Below, piece by piece: positions 54,211 to 64,000 of a stretch of 64,000 nucleotides of DNA. The position numbers and the translations under genes were made by a program. The number at the start of each line of letters is the position of its first letter. Position 1 is the first letter of the stretch. Under the pieces are notes generated by a model. It saw only the letters and a program-made list of their open reading frames with translations. It had not been told where the DNA came from and made no database searches. Source of the DNA: Yuukianura sp. NJ FZ-2021 (lineage: Eukaryota); assembly GCA_046563655.1 (NCBI GenBank), contig CM102287.1, forward strand, positions 6,386,001 to 6,450,000, given 5' to 3'.

Positions 54211-57200
54211 ATGGATTCGCACAAGGATTTTGTATCTCAATAGGATTTTTTATTTATCATCTTCTGTAGCAGCATCCAAGCCATCATGTGAGCAAGAGTT
54301 CTTGTAAGCTTTTAACCGGTAGAATCATGCAAAAATAGCTCTGCGATTTGCAAAAACAGATTTCTACTGAGAATTTTTACCTCTGTGGTGGGAGTTACAT
54401 TACGTTGTGGGGCTATGCTTATCCGAATATCAACAGGTTTAGCAAGTTTGAAAACGTTAAACACTTGAATGAATTGCCAAATTTAACTTCCTTTGGCAGA
54501 AGATAAGATGAGGGATTTACATCAGCAATATTGTTGGCTTTAGCAAAATCGTTTTGCCAAAAATAATTTCTTCAACGCTTTAACTAAATCCAAAGCTTTT
54601 TGTTAGGGATTGGTTCCAAAAAATTCCAATTTCAATTGCAATTTACCTTATAGCGCCTTTAAAATCTAAAAGTAGTCTATTGTTAATTTTCTCATTTGTT
54701 CATCAGTAGTTACTGCTAAAAGCTTAGATTGAAACTCCTCCTCCTCGGAATTTGTCTTTTCTAAGTTCTCGCTTAAATGATGATTAGTTTTTAGTTATAA
54801 GTTGACTAGGAAAAGAATCAAAGAAAGCTTAGAGTACAATCTGTTCCCCTTGGACAGGCGATGAATGATGAAAAGCGGTTGGGTGACAAACATTTAAGGA
54901 AAGTTGCATTTATTATTTTTAAAAAGTTAAGGATCGGGATAAATGACCAACAGCAATTTCTAGTTTAGGATTCAACGCGTCTTCGTTTTTGGCATGCGTG
55001 ACACGTTTAAGAAACAAATAGCCGACAACAATTTTCACACTGCCTGAATGTGGAATATTTGAAATTCAATTTTCCAATTTCTAATTTTACGAGTTACTAA
55101 TATTTTTCAGTAATGAATTTAGGGTTTGAGTGATAAGTGGAAAATTAAGCCATTTGAGGCATTGCGCGAATCGAAAGGATTTTGGCAGTTATTACACGGT
55201 TGGTATAAGAAATTGAAAAGAATTTGAATGAAAGCAGCAGTCTTAACTTGATCAAAAACCGAGTTCTTTCAATTGATTTGATTGAATTCTTGCGTAATCT
55301 GGTCAAATGAAGGAAAGTAATGCGTTTGATCACCATTTGTACCAAAGTACTTCTAAAGAGAACAAAAAAATTAAATGTGAAACTAGGGACTATCAAAGGA
55401 ACAAAGTACCTATAAAATTGTTATACTTTTTTTTGAATGAAAAGTTTGCGAAAACATTTCTAAAAATTGCTCTAAATGCAAAGTGTTTGCAAGGACTTAT
55501 CCTGGGAAACTCAAGACTGATTGACTTAGATACTTTGAACTTGATTGTCTTAAAACGGAATTGGAAGTACAAGAAAAAAGTATATTAAGAAGACAAATAT
55601 ACAATTCGAAAAATGAAAATGTGAGAAGAGTTTCAAATATTGGTGGATCAGAGTACAAAATGGAGGAGAAAGACTGACTTGTTAGAAGAGGAACTTAAGA
55701 TAATAGTTTGGGAGAAAATTTGAAAAAGTCTCTCGAAATATTAAGCCCACCGAAAGTTAACAACTTTATTTCATTTGTTTTTAATTTGGCAAAGGCGGTT
55801 ACGGAATTGTGATTTTTAAAAAGTTTGATTTGAGAGGGAAAAGACTTCTTTGGAGTAATTGGAAGTTACGACGGATAAAGTTTTTGAAAGAATGGATAGT
55901 GCTGGGATGTTTTTAAAAATTTTGGAAATTTGTGAAAAGTGAGAGCAAAAGTGATTGAAATTTTCTTCCGTTCGTGATCTTCCAATTCGAAAAGAGTCAC
56001 TTCGTACCTGTAGTAAATTTAGAAAAAAAAATTGAATTCCAGGTGATTCTTTTTGATTTTTTTTAAATGGGGTTCGGGTTGGGCTATTTTTCTTTCAACA
56101 TTTTTGTTTCCCAAAAATTTCTCAATTTACCAATGTTTAATAGATGAGTTTTGCAATGTGATGAATTTTCCCAATTTCGGTTTCGTTTCTCCTCCAATCT
56201 GATACAAGCAGTGTCGCATAAAATTTCTGGCGCGGTTTAGTGGAAATCCATATCTAAATTCTCTCCATAAAATAATTATGATGGTGAAATTTGACAAGTA
56301 AAGGCTGCTGCTTCGTTTTGTAATATTTTGTATACATGGTGAAATTGACAAATTTTGAACAGTTCAAAACGCAAGTTGTTTTTAAGATGCGTCATCTTTG
56401 ATTGTCAAGCGTAAATTATGAGGAAGCACTTTTGTCGTGCAGGATAAGTCCAAATTTTTTAATTTTGTGAATGTTTATTTGAAAAAGTGTTTTCTCATAA
56501 AAATTGCTGACTGTGGCTGAGCCATTGTGTACATTTGTAAGACTGTCTTTGGTGATGGATACTTGAAACTTAAATGTACATGTAATAGCTCAAGATCTTA
56601 AAAGTAAAGTATGTAAATTCTAAACATGCACAGTTAAATTTTAGTAGAGTAAATATTTAGTCTAGTTAAAATTTTGTGCTGGGGAAGCTAAACTATATTC
56701 TGCGCTTGTTGCGAAATGGATGGTAATGCTTATTACCAACCTGGCTATAAACATGGTTTTGTAAATAACTTTTCCAGGCTGGAATTCTTTATTTAAGATA
56801 TCAAAACTTTATTGAAAATAATGTTAGACTTACGGTGTTTGGTCACTTTGACGTTGTACAAATCGGGATAAGGTTATGTTAAAAAAAAGCTAAGGGGATA
56901 AAGAGGATGTGAGCCACGGTGATACTTATGAGGAGTTGTAAACAGGGCTTTTAAGAGACATTTCTATTTGTCGTCTTTTGTAAATAGAGGGAACGTTGAT
57001 TTAGTAAAGTCTCTGAAGCAGTTTGTCCTCCTACCGTCCCGGTATTACAAGTTTAAATATTTAATTATATTAAAATATACTAGTCTCCTTGTGAGAGAAA
57101 TTCAGTGTTAAAAGGAAAATCACTGCCGCCGTGTCGACACTTAACTTTCAACAAGCCAAAATGTTACTGTTTGCGAGAGGAATTAAGTATTGAGCAGTTT

Positions 57201-60105
57201 TGAGACACGGGCGTCGGAACGCAAAAGGATTTACAAATTAATTTAATTAATTAAGTCACATTTTACCACGGTAGACGAGTTACTTTTACTAAAGATCCAT
57301 TTTTGTTTAACTACGAAATTAGGTTTTGGGAATGGAGCGGAATTAACACAGTTTATGGTATTATTTTTAATAATGTAATATTATTAATAATGTTGATAAT
57401 AATTTTAATTATGAAAATGAGGACTTTGAAATTGTGTAAGACAAAAATCCGAGGAGTGGAGATACACTTAACATAAAACAAAATATTGAAAAAAATTGAG
57501 AGTAATAAAAAAAATGTTATGATTTATGTTTCGGGAAGTCGACGCTTCGTATAATGTGAGTCAACGATTGCACTCTGTCTCTGATGTTTAGTTTCTATTT
57601 GTATAGAGGTGACCTTGAAGGGCACAGAGAAAGTTGAGTTGAGAGAGATGATGGTTGGTCTAGATTCAGATGCAGAGGATTCTGCTTGTTCTGACTAACC
57701 AACGCTTGAAGGTCAAGTTTAGGACGATGATGGCGGAAGAATCATGAAACTCCGTTTTTTACTGGAAAACCGGAACTAGCCGACTGGCAGTGAAAGTTCC
57801 CCATTCGCCTTCTCCTGATCTTGAACTTGAAAGTGAAAGCAGCCCTACTTTCTCCTCCCACTCTTCCCTGCTTCTTTTACTTTTACTTTTAGAACTTACG
57901 GCACCATCTGACCAAAACTAAATTCAGGCAACCCCTGCACAGGAGGATCATGCGCCGTCACTGAATATTGAATCCTTGAGGTTGGCACTGGGCCAACTTC
58001 CCAAAACTCTGGAACTTTCCATGGATTCTTTAAAGGTCTACGCAACGCGTTCCTGGGGATCGATTGTGTTGGCGTAGGTTAGGATTTTTTCAAGGTTATT
58101 CTCAAATACAGATAATTATTCTATTCTCTGTAGTAAATGCAGTAGGGTTTTTCCAAAGCTAAAATAAATGCAAAGAGCTCATTGAGGAGAAAATAGAAAT
58201 AAGTGGTGCAAATTGTGGAGGCGTTTTTGCATAAACTGTTTTCATGTTTTTGGAACTTGTATTGAGATCTGTAAAGCATTTAATACATTTGTTTTGATAC
58301 TTGGCATGCAGCTTTCGGCTATCAAGTTAAAAGCTTAAGCGAAATGTTTCTTTGAATTTTAATGTGCATTTTAGAAAATTTCATATGAAAACGCCTGCTG
58401 ATAATAATCGGAATTCTGATCTCTGATCAGCTACAGACGTTTTGTGCTGTGTAAAACGAAAAATGATGAGAGACGGTTAAAGTTAACTTGAATTCATAGA
58501 TTATGTTTTTTTTTCTCGCAAAAGGGAAGGGCGTTGCACAATTAAATGAAAGAGGTGAATGATTCGGAAATCGCAATTCCACGAGGATGCAAATGTTAGG
58601 TAGTAAATCTTGATAAGGGGATGATTTGGATGGCGTTTGTCCAAAGATGAAGATTCTGATAGGTGATTGATGTTGGATTCATTGCGTTTTGTGATTCTAA
58701 TTGAGAACAATAGGTAATTGGGAAGATGCTATAATAATTTCCATTGCCAAGGGCATAGGCGTGGTTCTCACAACCTCCATCTCTGCAGTTCAATTGTCAA
58801 TTCAAAGTCCCTGTCGGCTCGAGCCGGTTTCTCTGGTTGGCTAAACCTTGTTTTATTTTTGCGTATCTTATTTGGCCCTGGAGGCATTGCATTTTCAGCA
58901 ACTCCCATACCCTACTATGCCATAGCATGTAACCAAGTAGTGGAAGTAATTCTGGGTGTGAATTGTACAGAAAGTAAGAGTGTATGTATGTCGGTCGACT
59001 GCAAATCCCAGTTTTTGACTATAGTTATGCTGGAGGGATGTTTTGCAGAAACGGACTGTTTCTGTAGGTCTCTCTTGTGATCTGCAGATGAAGATGCTTG
59101 GGAACCAAGTGGGTTTGGTTTGAAGGTGCCTTTGGAATGGGAAGAATCTTTCTTGTTGGTAAACCATAGGGACGAGTTCACTTAGGGAATGGGTGAGATC
59201 TTCCATAGGATTTGCAACATAAGAGCATCATTTTAGGTTAGTTTTGGTGGCTAGAATACAGAATTCAGCAGTGCAATTTTGTACAAACTCCCCTCACTTT
59301 CAGTTTTCATAAGAACAGTCCATTGTGCCTCTGTAAAAATACAGATTCGCCAGAGAAGGTCATCTGCCATCTTTACTTTCACTTTCGTTAAGAAAGAATT
59401 CACATGTTATAAATAGAGAAAATACAAATATGGAATTATATTTTAAGCGTCCTAAATTCTACACGAAAGTTCTATACAGTACAACAACCTAAGCATAAAG
59501 TCTAATATGTTAACTTAAACTAACCTAATTAACTAAAACCTAACTGTTAATTAATTCAAAATACGGTAAATGTATAAAAGAAGGGATTTCAAAAAAAAAA
59601 TAGTCGCCTGCTGGAGGTGATGTTTTTACGTTAATTAACTTAGAAACTCGCTTTACTGTTAAGATTCACTTTGAAAATTTATAAAGTATTCCAAATTTAT
59701 GGGATATTGTAGATTTTGTCTTTTGTCAAACTTTGATGCCAATTGGCCACTTCCAAGTCGAATGCTGTGAGGACATCAGTGGAGAAAGTTATCTGTTTTC
59801 CACATTCTGTTCGAAAATTTCTGTAAAAGATGCTTGATTTTGCATTTTCGAAAATTAAAATTTTTGAGTTTTTCACAGACTCTCAGCGCTACCAAACGGC
59901 AGATATTAGAAACGGAATTGTAATGGGATTCTGAATTCTGCAGAGAAGGCAGAAAGAGCAGTAGGAGAAAGTCGATTCAATTTTTACAGCAACCGAAAGT
60001 GATGCGTAGGCTTTAAATCTAAAGTTCCAGCACATTTGCCCGCAAATATATTGGGGTGGAGAGATTCACATAAAATTGACCTGCCTTTAACAATTTAAGT
60101 TCATT

Positions 60106-61021
60106 TCAGAAGAATTTTCTTGATATTTTAGGTAGAGTTCCCAACTGGAATTGACGCTTGAGCCAGAGATCCACTTCCGGTCCATGGAAATCTTCAGGAA
60201 ACGTGGGTTTGGGCAACTTGACGAGACGGTAGAGCCGTTCGTTGAGAACGTAGAGCTGCTGTGCCTCATCGCAGTTGACATTGAACCTATCACGGGACAC
60301 TACCGATCAGATACATTTTCTCGGTACTACATTTTACTTTTTTCAAGATGTTTCTACTTCTTACCACCAATCACATATCAGAAGTACTTGAGAGAAAAGC
60401 GTTCCATTGGGGCAGAGGAAGGTTGATTGGCCATCGAAGAAGTCACAATAGTGCCACGCCTTGAAGAAAATTCAACAAATTCCAGATCCAGAAGTTAAAT
60501 GAAGACTTAATTAATTGTGAAATCAATTTAACTGCATAGTCCCCAACGCTTACCTGGCATTTGGAACTAATGTCAGCAAAGAAGCCTTTGTAACGTTGTT
60601 TTCGACAATCAAAGTCGGTTTCCGGAACGTCATTGAAAATTGGATAGTCTATGCCTGCTACTCCTGGAATATTCAGCGCAGAATCCGCCGAGAGATCGGG
60701 GTCACGAAGGCTCTGAGATGTCACATCGCGAATAGATCTTCGACGAGAAAACAAATTCATTTGTGGTTCTATTTGCAGTCTGGAGTTCGTTCCAGAAAGT
60801 TCATCCGAATTTCTGGAATAGCGCTGCTCATTAACAATGGAATCCGCCATTTTTATCCTTCCGTTCTCTTTTATTCTTTGATTGACTTCAAATTCTCTGG
60901 AATCACTAGGATTTCCAAAGATGCTTCCAGTTGTAACCACAATCCAAAAACAGCAATGCAAGAATATCGTATACTTCGGAAGCATTTTCGAATGCGTCAA
61001 ACTATGACGCATGGACAGCAT
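60106..61021 (-). CDS. Secreted protein with one peritrophin-A/ChtBD2 (CBM14) domain, CPAP1-type
   Basis: Exons 61021 (or ATG 60985)-60554, 60459-60365 and 60286-60106. Sequence IPGVAGIDYPIFNDVPETDFDCRKQRYKGFFADISSKCQAWHYCDFFDGQSTFLCPNGTLFSQVLLICDWWFNVNC has six Cys in ChtBD2 spacing. Signal peptide MLPKYTIFLHCCFWIVVTTG. Confidence 0.92.
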
Positions 61022-62868
61022 ATTATGCTTCCAACGCCAACTAATGTGGGAGTCAAATCAGAAAACAGGAAATTAGGCATGATCAATTGACATGTATCAT
61101 TTTATCATGATTTACAGATTATGTATAAATTCTTTAGAAGTTGCTTTCTTGGGTAAACAAGGTTAAAAATGAAATGAGTAATTGCTTCAAAATTATCAGG
61201 AATCAGTTATGTAGATTCTTTTTACCTCAAGCATATTAAATCTTATGCAAAAAGTCAGCAGAAATCATAAACGTTGTGCTATTTTAGTATTTTCCTTGAC
61301 GTTTTTACATGAACTGAATGTTCCTTGAAGTATCAAGGAGATTGTAACTGTTGTACTCAATTAGTCTTTGACATCGTTGACCTCACAGTTTCTAAAACAG
61401 GACAAACCTTCAGTCCGTGTATATTTTCTCTTTCCTTGGTTTTATAATTGCTTTTCGAAAATTGCAAAGTTGCCAAAGATTTTTGAATAATTCAGATTAG
61501 ACGGACATTCTTTTTTGAAAACAAAATTTTTGCAAAGTTATGGTCGAGCTCGACTCACTGACAGTTCATCACCGCGCAAAACCATGTTTTAACACAGTTT
61601 TTTTTTACAGTTTCAAATCAAAAGTAAATTAGAATGAAATTAAGATTTGTGACTTACTTCAATGCAAACGGAAAATGCGACTTAGAATTTGAAAGAAGCA
61701 CAGCGGCAGAGTTTTGGGCGCAGGATGCATGTCGTTGACTTCAAATCCTTGGCGTCTCACTCACAAACTGGTCAACTAAGCTGTCAATGGTTGATCTTTA
61801 ATTGAAACTGTTAAGGACGATCAAAAAGAAGATGCACATTGTACACACAAAGTAGTTTCCCAATACTGATGCTGATGCCGAGAGGACTGCGACTACGAGT
61901 ACCCAGGCAGGCGTTAATTTTACGAATAATTTGCAATAGTATTTCGCAATATGCACAACAACCATTTTGGGTTGTTCAAGTGACTCATCCATCACCTCGT
62001 AGTTTGATGGTGGCGCTGGTGACCATAGGTTAGGTGTTGGTTCACATGAAGATGATTTTGTATTTGTATTGTTGTGATTCTGAATATAAACGGCTCGTGC
62101 TTAAGAGGTTTATTGAATTACAATGTGACGGAAGAAAACAATAGAATTCCGTGCAGAAGGGCTTTTTATACATAATTGGTTAATTCAATCGCAGTGTAAC
62201 TAATTTATTTCTGTAATTATTGCTGATGTCGCGCATTTAAAAAAAAATTATCGTACGCTAGTGCTAACATACTTCGTTCAAGTTGAAAGTCTGACAGTTT
62301 AAAATTAAAATTGGTTATGAAAAAAAAAAGGTTTTCAGTTTCTTTCATCAGAGATCTTTAATTTTTCTTATTAGACTAGAAGGGAATAAGGGAATAAGCC
62401 TATACAAGTATTTAAAGACTTTATATTTGTATCAGTTACTTAGAATTTACCTTAGGCTTGCTTGTTTGGTTGTTTGTGACATTAAACTTAAACTTGTGTC
62501 TTGGCTAGGCTTGGGGTTTTACTGTAACCTTCATGGTAATGTTGGCGTCTATCGGTGATTGGTGGGATTTTTAAACATCCACATCCCAAGAGCCGTAATC
62601 GTAAAACTAAAAGATCGACCTACCCATCAACCCACCATCGAACGCTTTGTTACGTGCTACGTGTACCTGCCTGTGCACTGTCCCGTCCACCGTTCACAGT
62701 CAGTCCAGCTCCAGACACTCCAGAGTCCAGATCGACCGTAAACCACGGAAGTCACGGATCCACTCCCGCAGCATACAGTCCAGTGTCAAATTCTGTCGCC
62801 AAGGACAAACAGAAGCAGAAGTAGGTTGACGAGAAATTCGTTTAGAAATTCGAGAAAGCAATTCGGAC

Positions 62869-63981
62869 ATGGACCGTCCTCACTCTCGTTTTCTTGAACC
62901 GGCTCCAAGTGCCGAAAGCCGTCAGGAGAGTCGTGCCTCCGAGCAGCGAGATGATTCTTCGATAGAGCTAGTGCTGCCATTACGAGACAACTGGCAGCTT
63001 GAACAAATTCCGGAACCGGAACTGACACCAGAGGAAGACCAGCTTCCCCCCTCAGAACGTCTCTGCCGTGTTATTGTCAAGAAGTGCCAACTGGCCAATT
63101 GCTATAATTTCTACTCCGTGGAGTTTCTTTGGAACTTGCTGACACCCCCAGTTCTGGAAATTACCGGGAACTACGGCAATGCTGTGGCCAGTCATATCAT
63201 CGGACCGGAGGAATTTTACTTGAATTGGGTTTCAGACTTGGATAAAATACAACTATTGAGGACTTGGGTCACTGCGGAAATAGAGGACGACGACATGGAA
63301 GAACCAGATCAACCTGACACTCGGAACCTGGTTGGCAGCATCGTAAGTCATAAGAATAGTCGACTTTCCGCTCTGTAATCGTTTTTGCATAACATACCAG
63401 ATTTGTTTTTTTAGGTCTGTGCTTACCTTGGTTCTACCACATTCTACCACAGAGCAACGGTTTTGAAGCTTGTCGCAAACGATAAAAAGGCAACTGTTTT
63501 CCTTATAGACGACGGGATGACAACAACTATTCCCATAAACAAGTAATTTTCTCCATTTAGTTTTAATTCAGATCTCCGTATGCAATTCATCTGTGTCTTA
63601 GCGAAGCTTTATTGCCCGACCGACCCTAACTTTAGCTCGATGTAATTTTACAGGCTCCGACCAATTCCACATCCACTGGCTCTCCTTCCAGGCTATGCAA
63701 TTCGATGCAAATTGGCTTTATGTCAATTCACTGAAGACAATTTGTCGGACATGAATACACGGAAAGAGTTCATCTGGGAGCTCAAACAGTCCAAATCTTT
63801 TAAATGCAAGTTCACTGAATACTGTGAAGATACAAACACGTTCTCTGCTAAAATCAAGGTCGTCGAAGGAGTCCCAGCACCGAGGGACCTCAATCTGGTT
63901 GTACAAGGGAAGTATAAAGCTCGACAGCGTGTCATACAGACTCTCGAAGATCAGAACAAGAGGGATATGGAATCCACCGTT
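62869..63981 (+). CDS. Extended Tudor (TDRD-like) domain protein, 5' part; continues beyond the window
   Basis: Exons 62869-63342, 63415-63542 and 63654-63981 (donor GTAAGT at 63982). VASHIIGPEEFYLNW...VGSIVCAYLGSTTFYHRATVLKLVANDKKATVFLIDDGMTTTIPINKLRPIPHPLALLPGYAIRCKL follows the extended-Tudor pattern. The start codon is uncertain. Confidence 0.8.
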
Positions 63982-64000
63982 GTAAGTTTAGCAATCATCG

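Noticed and set aside
58596..59206. Cluster of 65-120 aa ORFs on both strands
   Set aside because: No recognisable domain, codon pattern or splice link to neighbouring genes.
62647..62868. In-frame upstream ORF separated from the Tudor ORF by a single TGA-C (62827-62829), suggesting readthrough or selenocysteine
   Set aside because: The upstream frame has no ATG and no recognisable protein character; a GC-richer 5' UTR is the simpler explanation.

Overview
Eukaryotic, AT-rich, intron-containing arthropod DNA. Gene content and compact introns would fit a hexapod such as a springtail, but the species cannot be fixed from the sequence alone. Manual GT-AG splicing recovers ten protein-coding genes, left to right: (1) an intronless Cys-rich, probably GPI-anchored orphan (+); (2) an R&R cuticular protein of Cpr97E type (-); (3) a 521-aa secreted protein with a Trp heptad repeat and an atypical C-terminal R&R-like motif (-); (4) the nuclear receptor tailless/NR2E, 6 exons, in about 10 kb of motif-dense non-coding DNA (-); (5) a signal-peptide plus TM orphan (+); (6) a Cpr100A-type cuticular protein (+); (7) an NADP-type malic enzyme with two intact, duplicated alternative last exons (+); (8) headcase, 7 coding exons, without the long Drosophila-type readthrough extension (+); (9) a single-ChtBD2 CPAP1-type protein (-); (10) the 5' part of an extended-Tudor gene (+). 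The strongest leads are an apparently ancient syntenic block joining genes that in Drosophila sit at 97E and 99E-100A, a switchable C-terminal tail on malic enzyme, and Capicua, ETS and Su(H) motif clusters around tailless. No rRNA, tRNA, CRISPR array or autonomous transposon was found; one MITE-like element was. Orthology names come from recalled sequence similarity, not from a database search.
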